From: Candidatus Acidiferrum sp. | Lineage (GTDB): Bacteria > Chloroflexota > Dormibacteria > Dormibacterales > Dormibacteraceae | Direction: 5' to 3' | DNA length: 64,000 nucleotides | Assembly: GCA_035571315.1 (NCBI GenBank) | Contig: DATMKM010000158.1 | Span: forward strand, 20,182-84,181 | Shown here: piece by piece, positions 44,598 to 56,580 of the stretch | Layout: every line of letters begins with the position of its first letter | Position numbering within the stretch: position 1 is the stretch's first letter | Notes under the pieces: model-generated | Database searches by the model: none | Told to the model about the DNA's origin: nothing | The model's input: the letters and a program-made list of their open reading frames with translations, nothing else | Made by a program: the position numbers and the translations under genes

Positions 44598-45268
44598 TAA
44601 AGATCGCGAGCTGAAAATTCGATGTCGATCCCGTCGACGTTCTTCATCCGCTCGGACATCTCACGCGCCATCGCGACGGAGCGGTGCCGCCCACCGGTGC
44701 ACCCGAAGGCGACCACCAGGTGCGAACGTCCCCGCTCCCTGTAATGAGGGATTGCGGCGGAGAGCGTCTTTTCAAGGTTGACCAGGAGCTCTTGCGCCGC
44801 AGGCTGGTTGACCACGTAGTCCCGCACGCGCGGGTCGCGTCCGTCCAGAGGCCGAAGCTCCTCGACCCAGTACGGGTTTTCCAGCAACCTGACGTCGACC
44901 ACCCATGACGCCCCGTCCGGGATGCCGTTCTTGTAACCGAACGCCATGCAAGACACGAGCAGACGCTCGCGCGAGCGAAGCTGCTGCGCCAGCTCGCGCA
45001 GCTGGGCGACGTCGACGCGATGGTGCGCGCGCTCGTGACTGCCGCCGGCCCTTCCGTCCCCCGGTCCGACGTGCACCAGCACGTAGCGGATGTCCTGCGC
45101 GTCGGCGTCCTTGAGCACCGATACGGCATCGCCGCGCAGCGGCAGCACAGCGTCGGCGTCGTCCCACGCGGAAAGCCAGCGGGCGAGCTGAAAACCCGAA
45201 TCGATAAACACGCCTACGGCCTCGTCGAGCTGGGGCTCGCTGCCCCCGCCGACGATTACAAGGGTCAC
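44597..45268 (-). CDS. RapZ/YvcJ-like protein with a degenerate, shortened N-terminal NTPase domain
   Basis: 223 aa. The C-terminal half matches RapZ (FGYKNGIPDGASWVVDVRLLENPYWVEELRPLDGRD...VAFGCTGGRHRSV). The N-terminus MTLVIVGGGSEPQLDEA replaces the LVI(I/V)xGxSGxGK(S/T) Walker A motif. Confidence 0.75.
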   Translation of the reverse strand: MTLVIVGGGSEPQLDEAVGVFIDSGFQLARWLSAWDDADAVLPLRGDAVSVLKDADAQDIRYVLVHVGPGDGRAGGSHERAHHRVDVAQLRELAQQLRSRERLLVSCMAFGYKNGIPDGASWVVDVRLLENPYWVEELRPLDGRDPRVRDYVVNQPAAQELLVNLEKTLSAAIPHYRERGRSHLVVAFGCTGGRHRSVAMAREMSERMKNVDGIDIEFSARDL

Positions 45269-47115
45269 AAAGATTCCTTCAATCGTTTGGCCAGGCGCTC
45301 AGGCACGCCCAGCTTGACGATGTCCTCGACGGGCGCCTCGCGGATCGCCTGCACCGAGCCGAAGTGTCGCAGGAGGATGCGCTTGCGTGCGGGCCCGATG
45401 CCTTCGACCGAATCAAGCGGCGAGGTCAACGCTTTGCGCGCGCGAACCTTGCGGTGGTGGGTGATCGCAAAGCGGTGAGCCTCGTCGCGGATACGCTGCA
45501 CCAGGAACATGCCAGGCGAGTTGCGCTCCTGGACGATCGGCTCGGCACGTCCGGGCGCAAAGATCTCCTCTCTCTCCTTGGCCAGCGCGAACGTCGGGAT
45601 ATCCGCGTAGCCCGCCGACTCGAGCACCTCGAGCGCGGCGCTGAGCTGGCCACGGCCGCCATCGATGAGGATCAGATCGGGCCGGCTCGTGAACGAGCGG
45701 TCCCCCACGGCGTCGGCCTCCTCGCGGCGTTGGGCGGACTCGAGGCGCTCGAGCCTGCGCCGCAACACCTCTTGCAGCATCGCGAAATCGTTTGGTCCGG
45801 GGACAAACTTGATCTTGAAATGGCGGTAGTGATCGTTCCGCGGCCGGCCGTCCTCGAAGACCACCATCGCTCCGACCGCCGAGTCACCCTGGAGGTTCGA
45901 GATGTCGTAGCACTCGATGCGCTTCGGGGGTGACTCCAGGTCGAGGGCTTCGGCCAGCGCCGCGAGCATCGGCTCGGTGCGGCTGCGGTCGTAGTCGGCC
46001 TGGATGCGCAGCTGCTCGAGCTCCTGCCCGGCCGTATCGGCGAGCTGCAGCACCAGAGCGCGTTTGCGCCCGCGCCGTGGCACCTCGATCGACACCGGGC
46101 CGCCGCGCCTCTGGCTGAGCCAGCCCGCGAGGAGGTCGGGCTCGTCGACGAGCCCCGGCAGGATCACCGCCCGCGGCACGTGTGTAGCGCTCGCGTAGTA
46201 CTGGAGCACGAAGCCGCGCAGCAGTTCGGCCTCGGTCGCCTCGCCGGCGCCATCGAGAGCGTGGCCGTCGTGCCCGACCATTTTGCCCTGCCTGATGTAC
46301 GCCACCTCGACGAACACGTCTCCCGCGTGACGCGCGTACGCGACCAGGTCCTGATCATCACGGCCGTGGGTGAGGACCTTCTGCCGGTCGGCGATGCGTT
46401 CGATCGACTGGAGCTGGTCGCGGTAGCGCGCGGCGTTCTCGAAATCGAGCCGGTTGGCCGAACCCTCCATACGCTCCTTGAGCTCGTTCACCAGCAGGTC
46501 CGAGCGCCCCTCCATGAAGAGCGCGACCTCGTTGATGCGCGCCTTGTAATCCTCCGAGCTGATCCGTCGCTCGCATGGACCCGGGCAGCGCTTGATGTGG
46601 AAGTCCAGGCATACCTTGCCCTGCTTGAAAATCTCGTCCGAGCAAGTCCTGAACGGCAGAAGCTGGCGGATCGACTTGACGGTGCCGCGCAGCGACTGGG
46701 CGGACGTATACGGGCCGAAGTACCGCGCGCCGTCGTTCTGCACCCTGCGCGAGTAATGGACGCGCGGAAACTCCTCGGTCACCGGGAGCTTCAGATAGAG
46801 GTAGTTCTTGTCGTCCTTGAGCCGGATGTTGAAGCGCGGCCGATAGTTCTTGATGAGGCTGCACTCGAGGACCAGGGCCTCCACCTCGTTGGCGGTCGTG
46901 ACGAATTCGAAGTCAGTGGCCCTCCGCACCATCTCGGCGACGCGCGCCGTCTGCGTATAGCCGGGCGTGAAATAGGAGCGCAGCCGATCGCGCAGGCGCA
47001 GTGCCTTGCCGACGTAGATGACCTGGCTCCGGTTATCGCGAAACAGGTACACGCCAGGGCTGTCAGGCACCGCCTTGAGGCGCCGCTTGACCGTGTCTTC
47101 CAGGGAGATCGCCAC
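45265..47115 (-). CDS. uvrC: Excinuclease ABC subunit C
   Basis: ...LKAVPDSPGVYLFRDNRSQVIYVGKALRLRDRL (GIY-YIG)...UvrBC and RNase H-like/HhH C-terminus. Start assigned to GTG 47115; the ORF track start is 47184. Confidence 0.9.
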   Translation of the reverse strand: MAISLEDTVKRRLKAVPDSPGVYLFRDNRSQVIYVGKALRLRDRLRSYFTPGYTQTARVAEMVRRATDFEFVTTANEVEALVLECSLIKNYRPRFNIRLKDDKNYLYLKLPVTEEFPRVHYSRRVQNDGARYFGPYTSAQSLRGTVKSIRQLLPFRTCSDEIFKQGKVCLDFHIKRCPGPCERRISSEDYKARINEVALFMEGRSDLLVNELKERMEGSANRLDFENAARYRDQLQSIERIADRQKVLTHGRDDQDLVAYARHAGDVFVEVAYIRQGKMVGHDGHALDGAGEATEAELLRGFVLQYYASATHVPRAVILPGLVDEPDLLAGWLSQRRGGPVSIEVPRRGRKRALVLQLADTAGQELEQLRIQADYDRSRTEPMLAALAEALDLESPPKRIECYDISNLQGDSAVGAMVVFEDGRPRNDHYRHFKIKFVPGPNDFAMLQEVLRRRLERLESAQRREEADAVGDRSFTSRPDLILIDGGRGQLSAALEVLESAGYADIPTFALAKEREEIFAPGRAEPIVQERNSPGMFLVQRIRDEAHRFAITHHRKVRARKALTSPLDSVEGIGPARKRILLRHFGSVQAIREAPVEDIVKLGVPERLAKRLKESL

Positions 47116-47122
47116 GCGATCG

Positions 47123-47128
47123 ATTTTA
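47123..47128 (-). promoter_or_regulatory. -10-like hexamer TAAAAT, 7 nt upstream of the uvrC GTG (possible leaderless transcript)
   Basis: The transcribed strand reads cc-TAAAAT-cgatcgc-GTG. No SD and no convincing -35. Confidence 0.25.
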
Positions 47129-47151
47129 GGTAGCTCTCTTACACTGCCCCG

Positions 47152-47511
47152 ATGGAGAAGTCGCCCGCGGCGCCGGCGCCGCACGCCATCCCGCCCGCGT
47201 ACGCCCCCCAGGCGAGCCGCCCCTACAACCCCTGGGCGATCGTCAGCGTCTCATTCGCCGCTTCGACCGTGCTCGGCAGCTGGTGTTTCGGCGGACTGGT
47301 GGCAGTCATCACCGGACACGTCGCGCGCCACCAGATCAAGACGAGCGGCGAGGCGGGCGGAAACCTCGCCCTGATCGGCCTGGTCGTGGGCTACGTGGCG
47401 ATCGGCCTCTTCTTGCTCTTCATCACCGCCTACATCGCATTTTTCGTATTCATCGCAGTGTTCGCGGCCACCCACGCGACCCTGTCGCCCAGCCCAACCC
47501 CATCACCGTAA
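47152..47511 (+). CDS. DUF4190-like small membrane protein
   Basis: 119 aa. Pro-rich N-terminus, then ...AIVSVSFAAS...LVAVITGHVARHQIKTSGEAGGNLALIGLVVGYVAIGLFLL. Confidence 0.6.
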   Translation: MEKSPAAPAPHAIPPAYAPQASRPYNPWAIVSVSFAASTVLGSWCFGGLVAVITGHVARHQIKTSGEAGGNLALIGLVVGYVAIGLFLLFITAYIAFFVFIAVFAATHATLSPSPTPSP

Positions 47512-47522
47512 ACTTGACCGCA

Positions 47523-47942
47523 GTGAGCACCACCCCCGGCAATCTCCCGCCCCCGCCGCCACAAATCAGCGGCGCCACGCAGATCGCGGGGCAACAGTCG
47601 GCTCCCTCCACCTCGGTTCCGCCGGGTCCAGTTGGTCCGATGTACACATCGGCCGGCGCCGGCACCAACACTCTGGCGATCGTCAGCCTGGTGGCCGGGA
47701 TCGGATCGTTCTTCGCGCACATCATCCCCGGAATCGGCGGATTCACGGTCGCCCTGATCGCGATCATCACCGGCTACATGGCCCGCCACCAGATCAGGCA
47801 GACGGGCGAGAAGGGGATGGGCATGGCGACGGCGGGGATGATCATCGGGGCGGTCCACATCGCCCTGCTGGTCCTGCTCGTGATCGGTCTGATCTTCGCG
47901 ATCTTCGTCTTAGGCGTAGTCCTGTTCGGAGTGCACCGCTAA
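47523..47942 (+). CDS. DUF4190-like small membrane protein (tandem paralogue)
   Basis: ...LAIVSLVAGIGSFF...ALIAIITGYMARHQIRQTGEKGMGMATAGMIIGAVHIALLVL. Start uncertain (TTG 47514, GTG 47523, or a later ATG). Confidence 0.55.
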   Translation: MSTTPGNLPPPPPQISGATQIAGQQSAPSTSVPPGPVGPMYTSAGAGTNTLAIVSLVAGIGSFFAHIIPGIGGFTVALIAIITGYMARHQIRQTGEKGMGMATAGMIIGAVHIALLVLLVIGLIFAIFVLGVVLFGVHR

Positions 47943-48004
47943 AGGGCGCTCCCTACTCGCATTTCTCGCGTCCGAACCCTCACCGCATCGCGATCTCCCC
48001 TCCT

Positions 48005-49234
48005 TCACACGCTGGCGACCGCCTCATCCCGCGATGGGATGGCGACCAGCACGAGCACCAGGCTGGCCAGAGTCGCCGCGACCGCGGCCCACAACGCCAG
48101 GTTCAGCGACGCGGCGATGAGCGGCCCGGCCAGCGCCGACCCGATCGGGTTTCCAGCGGAGTTGAGCGACATCGACACGGCGAAAGCCCGACCAAACCAC
48201 GCGGGGTCGGTCCGCCGCTGGCGCAGCGTGAACAGGCCGATGTCGAAAGGCCCGGTCGAGAGACCGAGCAGGACGATCGCTCCTGCGACAACCCAGAGGC
48301 TGTACGCGAAGGGAAGCAAAGCCGTCGCGACTGCGGCGACCACGATGGGGCCCGCCATCAACCACCGCTCCCGCCCCTGGCTGGAGAAGCGGCCTGCGAC
48401 AAGAGCAGAGCCCAGCCCCGCTCCTCCCATGGCTCCCCATAAGAGTCCAACCGTCGAGGGTCCGGAATGCAACCGGGTGAGAACAAGCACTGGGACCGCT
48501 ATCGCGAGCAGGCCGTTGCCGACGTTGTAGATGCTCAGCGTCAGGGCGAGGCCGCGCAGCGTCGAATTTCTCACCGTGTACACGAGGCCGAGCCAGGCAT
48601 TCCTCAGCACAGAGCCGACCGGCGCCGCTGCATTTCGCGGCTCGGGCAGGCGCAGCATGACCACGGCTGCCGCGACGTACACCGCGCCCGAGGCGGCCAG
48701 CGCCCATTCCCCTCCGAACAGGCCCACGAGCGTGCCGGCCAGTGGCGATGCGAGAAGCGTGGCGATGACATGCCCGCTGCTGTCCAGACCGTTGGCCCGC
48801 TCCCACAGGTGCCGCGGGGCGAGGATCGGAAACAGGGAGCGGGCCCCGGCCCAGCTCAATGGGTTGGTGAGAGAGGCGACCGCGACGATGGCGAGGAGAA
48901 GCGGCGAAGCCAGCCAATGCAGGGCGGAAAGGCCTGCAATGAGTCCCAGCGCCACCGCGGCTACCGCATAGTCCAGGACCACCAGCCGGGCGCGACCGTA
49001 GCGGTCGAGCAGGGCGCCCGCCAGCGGCGAGACGACGATGCCAGGCAGGGCGGCCATGAATGCTGTCGCGCCGGCGAGCTCCGGCGAGTGGTAGCGCTGG
49101 AGCACGAACAGGACCAGCGCCACGAAGAGCATCGACCCGGCCATGCGGCCCAGCAGCAGCCCAGCGTAGAGGCGGGTGAAGCCCGGGACCCGGAGAAGCG
49201 CGGAATATCCGGTGGCCGGTCTCTCCGTCTTCAG
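48005..49234 (-). CDS. MFS transporter
   Basis: ORF 48005..49144 begins inside TM1. The open frame continues upstream as [35 protein letters not shown]... with no ATG/GTG/TTG. Start inferred at CTG 49234 (CTGA with the uvrA stop). Confidence 0.75.
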   Translation of the reverse strand: MKTERPATGYSALLRVPGFTRLYAGLLLGRMAGSMLFVALVLFVLQRYHSPELAGATAFMAALPGIVVSPLAGALLDRYGRARLVVLDYAVAAVALGLIAGLSALHWLASPLLLAIVAVASLTNPLSWAGARSLFPILAPRHLWERANGLDSSGHVIATLLASPLAGTLVGLFGGEWALAASGAVYVAAAVVMLRLPEPRNAAAPVGSVLRNAWLGLVYTVRNSTLRGLALTLSIYNVGNGLLAIAVPVLVLTRLHSGPSTVGLLWGAMGGAGLGSALVAGRFSSQGRERWLMAGPIVVAAVATALLPFAYSLWVVAGAIVLLGLSTGPFDIGLFTLRQRRTDPAWFGRAFAVSMSLNSAGNPIGSALAGPLIAASLNLALWAAVAATLASLVLVLVAIPSRDEAVASV

Positions 49235-52125
49235 ACGGCGACTTTGACGCGGCGTCTGGCGGACGGCCGAGAGGCGGTGGATCCGTTCGCCTTTCCGAGC
49301 CGGCCCGCCCGTTCGAGCGGTGTGCGCAGGAACTGTCCCGTCGACGATGCGGAGTTGGCCGCCAGCTGCTCCGGCGTGCCTTCGGCGATCACGTAGCCCC
49401 CCTTCTCCCCGCCCTCCGGTCCAAGGTCGATGAGCCAGTCGGCGGTCTTGAGGACGTCGAGGTTGTGCTCGATCACAACCACCGTGTTGCCGTGCTCGAC
49501 CAGGCGGTGGAGCACGACCAAGAGCCTCTCCACGTCCGCGTAGTGAAGGCCGGTCGTCGGCTCGTCCAGCAGATACAGGGTCCGGCCGGTGTCGCGTCGC
49601 GACAGCTCAGAGGACAGCTTCACGCGCTGCGCCTCGCCTCCGGACAGCTGCGTCGCCGGCTGGCCGAGCCGGATGTAACCGAGCCCAACGTCGCGCAACG
49701 TCTTCAACTTGGTCTGAATTCGCGGTACGTTCTCGAACACCTCGTAGGCCTCGTCGACGGTCATCTCGAGCACGTCGGAGATCGAGTGCCCGCGGAACTT
49801 CACCTCCTGGACCTCGCGCGAGTACCGCGTCCCGTGGCATACCTCACACGGCACGTACACGTCGGGTAGGAAATGCATCTCGATCTGGATGATCCCGTCA
49901 CCCTGGCACGCCTCACACCGGCCCCCGCGCACGTTGAAGCTGAAGCGGCCCGGCTTGTAGCCGCGCATCTTCGCCTCGGGAAGCTGCGCGAACAGCTCGC
50001 GCATGTACGTGAACATCCCGGTGTAGGTCGCAGGGTTGGACCGCGGCGTGCGACCGATCGGCGACTGGTCGATGTCGATCGCCTTATCGAGATGCTCGAG
50101 CCCCTCCACCGCGTCGTGGGCCCCAGGCCTGTCCTTGGCCCGATAGAAGTGCTGCGCGACCTTACGGCTGAGGATGTCTGTGACCAGCGAGGATTTCCCC
50201 GAACCGCTCACTCCCGATACCGCGACAAACGTGCCGAGCGGAAGCGCGACATCCAGGTTCTTGAGGTTGTTGGCCCGAGCGCCGCGGATCACCAGGCGCT
50301 TGCCGTTGCCTTTTCGGCGGCGTGGCGGAACCGGAATCTCACGGTCTCCTCTGAGGAAGGCCGCGGTCAGAGAGTTCGGGCTGCGCAGCACCTCGTCCAC
50401 GGTTCCCGCGGCGATGATCTCCCCTCCATGTTCGCCCGCCGCGGGTCCGATGTCGACCATGTAGTCAGCCGAGCGGATCGTCTCCTCATCGTGCTCGACG
50501 ACGATCAGCGTGTTGCCGAGGTCGCGCAGCCTCAGCAGCGTGTTGATCAGCCGCCGGTTGTCGCGCTGGTGCAGCCCGATCGACGGCTCGTCGAGGATGT
50601 ACAGGACGCCCATCAGCTTCGATCCGATCTGTGTCGCGAGACGGATCCGCTGCGACTCGCCACCGGAAAGCGTGTTGGCAGCGCGCTCGATGGTCAGATA
50701 TTCGAGCCCGACGTCGATCATGAACTGCAACCGCTCGGAGATCTCCTTCAAGACACCACGAGCGATGAGGTGCTCACGCTCGGTCAGGTCCAGCTGGTCG
50801 AAAAAGCTGACCGCCGTGCTGACCGGCAGCTCGCACACCTCGGCGATGTTGTGATTCGCCACGGTCACCGCGAGCGACTCGGGCTTGAGGCGGCGTCCTT
50901 GGCAAGCGGGGCACGGCTTGTCGGACATGTACCGCTCCAGCTCCGCCTTCAGGAAGTCGGATTGCGTCTCCTGGTACCGCCGCTGCAGGTTCGCGATCAC
51001 ACCTTCGAACGGCGCCTCGTACCAGCGCGAATGCCCGTACTGGTTCTTGTAGCCGAACCGGATCTTGCGATCGCCCGTACCGTTGAGCAGCACCTCACGC
51101 TGCTGCTTGGACAGCTTCGACCACGGCTTGTCCATGTCGATGCCGAAGAACTTGCTGACCGATTCCAGCAACTCCGGATAGAAGAACTGCGAGCGGCTCC
51201 ACGCGGCGATCGCTCCCTCGCGAAGGGAAAGCGACGGGTCGGGCACGACCAGGTCTCCGTCGACCACGAGCTGCGAGCCGATCCCGGTGCAGGTCGGGCA
51301 TGCCCCATGCGGGCTGTTGAACGAGAAGTTGCGCGGCTCGGGTTCGGGCACGCTGGTCCCGTCGTAGGGACAGGCGAAGGCCATTGACATCTGGATCTCT
51401 TCTCCGTTTTCGGGAGCGATGATCACCAGGCCGCTGCCGAGTCGCGCCGCAGTCTCGACCGATTCGACAAGCCTCGTGCGCTGGTCGGGTCCGATCACGA
51501 TCCGGTCGACCACGACCTGGATGTCGTGCTTCTTGTTCTTGTCGAGCGGAATCTGCTCGGTCAGCTCGTACAGGCTGCCATCGACACGGACCCGCACAAA
51601 TCCCGACTTGCGCACGTCGTCGATGAGCGATTTGTACTCGCCCTTACGACCCTTGACGATCGGTCCCAGGACCATCACGCGCGTGCCTTTGGGCAGCTTT
51701 TCGACGTGGTCCGCCATCTGATCGACCGTCTGCCGGCGGACCTCCCGTCCGCACACGGGACAGTGCGGGTGCCCGACCCGCGCATAGAGCAGGCGTAGGT
51801 AGTCGTAGACCTCGGTGACTGTGCCGACGGTCGACCTCGGGTTCTTCGACGTTCCCTTCTGGTCGATGGAGATCGCGGGCGAAAGGCCCTCGATGGTGTC
51901 GACGTCCGGCTTCTCCATCTGGCCGAGGAACTGCCGCGCGTAGGCGCTCAGGGATTCCACGTAGCGCCGCTGGCCTTCCGCATAGATGGTGTCAAAGGCC
52001 AGCGACGACTTGCCGGAACCCGACAGGCCGGTGAACACGACGAGCTTGTCACGCGGGATCGACAGCGTGACGTTTTTGAGGTTGTGCTCGCGCGCGCCGC
52101 GAATCGTGATGTGGTCTATCGGCAT
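49231..52125 (-). CDS. uvrA: Excinuclease ABC subunit A
   Basis: 964 aa. [60 protein letters not shown]... Two ABC modules and zinc fingers. Confidence 0.95.
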   Translation of the reverse strand: MPIDHITIRGAREHNLKNVTLSIPRDKLVVFTGLSGSGKSSLAFDTIYAEGQRRYVESLSAYARQFLGQMEKPDVDTIEGLSPAISIDQKGTSKNPRSTVGTVTEVYDYLRLLYARVGHPHCPVCGREVRRQTVDQMADHVEKLPKGTRVMVLGPIVKGRKGEYKSLIDDVRKSGFVRVRVDGSLYELTEQIPLDKNKKHDIQVVVDRIVIGPDQRTRLVESVETAARLGSGLVIIAPENGEEIQMSMAFACPYDGTSVPEPEPRNFSFNSPHGACPTCTGIGSQLVVDGDLVVPDPSLSLREGAIAAWSRSQFFYPELLESVSKFFGIDMDKPWSKLSKQQREVLLNGTGDRKIRFGYKNQYGHSRWYEAPFEGVIANLQRRYQETQSDFLKAELERYMSDKPCPACQGRRLKPESLAVTVANHNIAEVCELPVSTAVSFFDQLDLTEREHLIARGVLKEISERLQFMIDVGLEYLTIERAANTLSGGESQRIRLATQIGSKLMGVLYILDEPSIGLHQRDNRRLINTLLRLRDLGNTLIVVEHDEETIRSADYMVDIGPAAGEHGGEIIAAGTVDEVLRSPNSLTAAFLRGDREIPVPPRRRKGNGKRLVIRGARANNLKNLDVALPLGTFVAVSGVSGSGKSSLVTDILSRKVAQHFYRAKDRPGAHDAVEGLEHLDKAIDIDQSPIGRTPRSNPATYTGMFTYMRELFAQLPEAKMRGYKPGRFSFNVRGGRCEACQGDGIIQIEMHFLPDVYVPCEVCHGTRYSREVQEVKFRGHSISDVLEMTVDEAYEVFENVPRIQTKLKTLRDVGLGYIRLGQPATQLSGGEAQRVKLSSELSRRDTGRTLYLLDEPTTGLHYADVERLLVVLHRLVEHGNTVVVIEHNLDVLKTADWLIDLGPEGGEKGGYVIAEGTPEQLAANSASSTGQFLRTPLERAGRLGKANGSTASRPSARRRVKVAV

Positions 52126-52137
52126 CCTGGACTCTGG

Positions 52138-52536
52138 CTATTCCTTCTCTCTCGTGATTGCAAACGTGCCGCTCGCCGTCGCGATCAGCCTCCCATTCGT
52201 CCCCTCGACCCGGCACACCATCACAGCCGTGCGGCGCCCCGCATGAACCACCGTGCCGGTCGCCCGCAGGTCCTCGCCGATCTTCGCGGCGTTGATAAAG
52301 CTCAATTTGAGGTCGATGCTCATCGCACGCGCCACGCCTGGCTTGATGGTTCTCAACGAGCGTCCCATGGCGCTGTCGGCGAGAGCGCTGATGATACCGC
52401 CGTGCACAAACCCGGAGTGATTCGCCATCTGCTCGGTGGTGCTCATGTCCACGACAGCGCTGCCCTCGCCGGCGTGGAAGAGTCTGAAGCCGAACCAGCT
52501 CCAGGCCGGCGAGTATGCCTCGACGACCTTACTCAC
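52138..52536 (-). CDS. PaaI-family hotdog-fold thioesterase
   Basis: 132 aa. ...[20 protein letters not shown]...[18 protein letters not shown]. Confidence 0.75.
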   Translation of the reverse strand: MSKVVEAYSPAWSWFGFRLFHAGEGSAVVDMSTTEQMANHSGFVHGGIISALADSAMGRSLRTIKPGVARAMSIDLKLSFINAAKIGEDLRATGTVVHAGRRTAVMVCRVEGTNGRLIATASGTFAITREKE

Positions 52537-52950
52537 GACCCTGTCCCTCGGGAACCTCGAGACAGGTCGACGACGCTCGGGCCACGAGCCTGTTTTCGTC
52601 GTCCAGCACGTCCGCCTCGCTGAACATCAGCTTCTGCTTCATCTCGACGACCCGGCCGACCGCGCGAAGGCGCCCCGAGATCACTGGCCGGATGAAATTG
52701 ATCTTCAGCTCGATCGTCGTGTTCCACACCCCGTCCTCCTGAAGGGTCGCCAGCGACATGCCCATCGCCGCGTCCGCGATCTGTGTGATCACCCCTCCCT
52801 GAACGATCCCACCGCCGTGGCGGTGCCTGGGCCCGGCCTCGAGTTCGAGCACGACGCGCCCCGGCTCGGACTCGCTGATGCGGGCCCCGAGAGTTTCCAT
52901 CCAACCGGTCGGCGGGGTCGCGAGTAGCTCAGCAGCCCTTCTCACGTTCC

Positions 52951-52954
<4 letters not shown>
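52529..52954 (-). CDS. PaaI-family hotdog-fold thioesterase (tandem paralogue)
   Basis: 141 aa. ...HGGGIVQGGVITQIADAAMG...VGRVVEMKQKLMFSEADV. Confidence 0.75.
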
Positions 52955-55038
<2,084 letters not shown>

Positions 55039-55050
55039 GCGAGACGTCTA

Positions 55051-55056
55051 ATTCTA
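55051..55056 (-). promoter_or_regulatory. -10-like hexamer TAGAAT upstream of uvrB
   Basis: The transcribed strand reads ...GTTCGCTT-TAGAAT-tagacgtctcgc-ATG. Confidence 0.35.
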
Positions 55057-55058
55057 AA

Positions 55059-55074
55059 GCGAACGGACGTTCGA
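55059..55074. promoter_or_regulatory. LexA (SOS) box, Gram-positive/actinobacterial type
   Basis: gCGAAC-ggac-GTTCGa is a perfect GAAC-N4-GTTC palindrome and matches 15/16 of TCGAAC-N4-GTTCGA. It lies 20 nt upstream of the uvrB ATG, 2 nt from the -10-like hexamer. Confidence 0.6.
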
Positions 55075-55107
55075 AGGGAGCCCGCCTGCCTCCGGCGTTA
55101 ATCAGGT

Positions 55108-55308
55108 ATGAGAGACCAGGTTCGGGGAAAAGCGGAAGAAATCGACGGCAAGGCCACTGGCGACCCGGCCGCTGAGATGAAAGGCGACGCCCGCCAGGCG
55201 GTGGGCCACCTCAAACGAAGCGCGCGGGACGTACGCGGTGACGTGCAGGACGAAGTCGATCGCACGAAACGCGAGCAGGACCGCGCCGGGCTGCCCCGCT
55301 CACGGTAG
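55108..55308 (+). CDS. CsbD-family stress-response protein
   Basis: 66 aa. MRDQVRGKAEEIDGKATGDPAAEMKGDARQAVGHLKRSARDVRGDV. Confidence 0.7.
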   Translation: MRDQVRGKAEEIDGKATGDPAAEMKGDARQAVGHLKRSARDVRGDVQDEVDRTKREQDRAGLPRSR

Positions 55309-56514
55309 GGACAGGATCATCGCGTCGACCATGGCTCCGGCTTTGATGCCCTGATCCCCCGGCGGGATCCGCACCAGCGCATGCGCTCCCGCCAGCGACA
55401 TGAGTCGCGACGAGGATTGGGAGCCCGTCGAGACGGCGACCAGGTCTGGTCCGTCGCGTCGCAGGTTGACCCGTTGATACTCGGTGCGATCGGCAGTCGC
55501 CCTCGCGTCGTATCCCAGGCGGACCGGCAGGGTCGGGCGCTGGAGCTGGGTGAAACCCTGCATCTTGCGCAGCGCCGGCCGCACGAACACCTCGAAGGTG
55601 ACGAGCGACGAAACCGGGAAGCCGGGCAAGCCGAACGCCAGCTTCTCTTCTGGCAAGGTCGCGAAGGTAAACGGCTTCCCGGGTTTCAGCTTGACCCGCC
55701 CGATATGGACATCCCCGAGGGATTCGAGCAGCGGCTTGATGAGATCGTGCGTGCCGACGGACACCCCTCCTGACGTGACCAGGACGTCCGCGCCAACGAG
55801 CGCATCGACGACCAGCCGCCGCAAGGCGTCAGGCTCGTCCGGCCCGATGCCGAGCAGGCGAATTTCCGCGCCGGCTTCGCGCAGGGCCGCGAGCAGCGCC
55901 CACCGGTTGGAGTCGGGTATCTGCCCGCGCGCCGGTGTCTTCCCCACCTCGACGAGCTCGTCCCCTGTGGACATGAGCGCCACTCGCGGACGGCGGCCGA
56001 CCGGCAGCTCGGCCAGGCCCAGGGCCGCGGCCAGGCCGATCTCCGCCGCGCCGAGCTGCACTCCCGCCGGCAGAACCTTCTCGCCGGCTCGCAGATCGGC
56101 TCCAGGCGCGTGGAAGTTCTGGCCCGGCTGGAGGCCGCCGGGGATGGTGACGACGTCACCGCTCAGCTCGACGTCCTCCATCATCACGACGCAATCCGCC
56201 CCTTCGGGCAAGACTCCGCCGGTCAGGATTCGAAGCGCTGTGCCCGGCTCGAGTGGACTGTCAAATGGCCGGCCTGCCGCGGACTCGCCGGCCACGCGCA
56301 GAGCCTTGCGGGCGTCGGCTGCGCGGAGCGCATATCCATCGACCGCGCTGGACGGGAGGGCGGGCAGTGCAGCCGAGGCCACGATGTCTTCGGCGAGAAC
56401 GCGCCCGGCGCAATCCATGAGCGGCACCCTTTGGGCGCCCAGGAAATGTGTGCGCTCGAGCACCAGCGCCGCCGCGACCTCGGCGTCAACCAGCGGGTAA
56501 GCAGAAGCCCTCAA
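55300..56514 (-). CDS. moeA: Molybdopterin molybdenumtransferase
   Basis: 404 aa. ...LPALPSSAVDGYALR...RILTGGVLPEGADCVVMMED...VLVTSGGVSVGTHD. TTG start. Confidence 0.85.
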   Translation of the reverse strand: MRASAYPLVDAEVAAALVLERTHFLGAQRVPLMDCAGRVLAEDIVASAALPALPSSAVDGYALRAADARKALRVAGESAAGRPFDSPLEPGTALRILTGGVLPEGADCVVMMEDVELSGDVVTIPGGLQPGQNFHAPGADLRAGEKVLPAGVQLGAAEIGLAAALGLAELPVGRRPRVALMSTGDELVEVGKTPARGQIPDSNRWALLAALREAGAEIRLLGIGPDEPDALRRLVVDALVGADVLVTSGGVSVGTHDLIKPLLESLGDVHIGRVKLKPGKPFTFATLPEEKLAFGLPGFPVSSLVTFEVFVRPALRKMQGFTQLQRPTLPVRLGYDARATADRTEYQRVNLRRDGPDLVAVSTGSQSSSRLMSLAGAHALVRIPPGDQGIKAGAMVDAMILSLP

Positions 56515-56523
56515 TTAATTGAG

Positions 56524-56580
56524 TGCGTGACTTCCCCGCTCGCGGGGAGGCTGGCGCGCATCACCGGATCGCGGACGGGA
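56524..56580 (-). repeat. Intergenic copy of a ~50-nt GC-rich hairpin-forming repeat (copy A)
   Basis: Fills the spacer between the ABC-gene stop (56581) and the moeA start (56514). 56529..56575 is 37/47 identical (hand count) to 60439..60485 inside mutM, in the same orientation. The transcribed strand can form UCCCCG-CGAG-CGGGGA. Confidence 0.5.
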
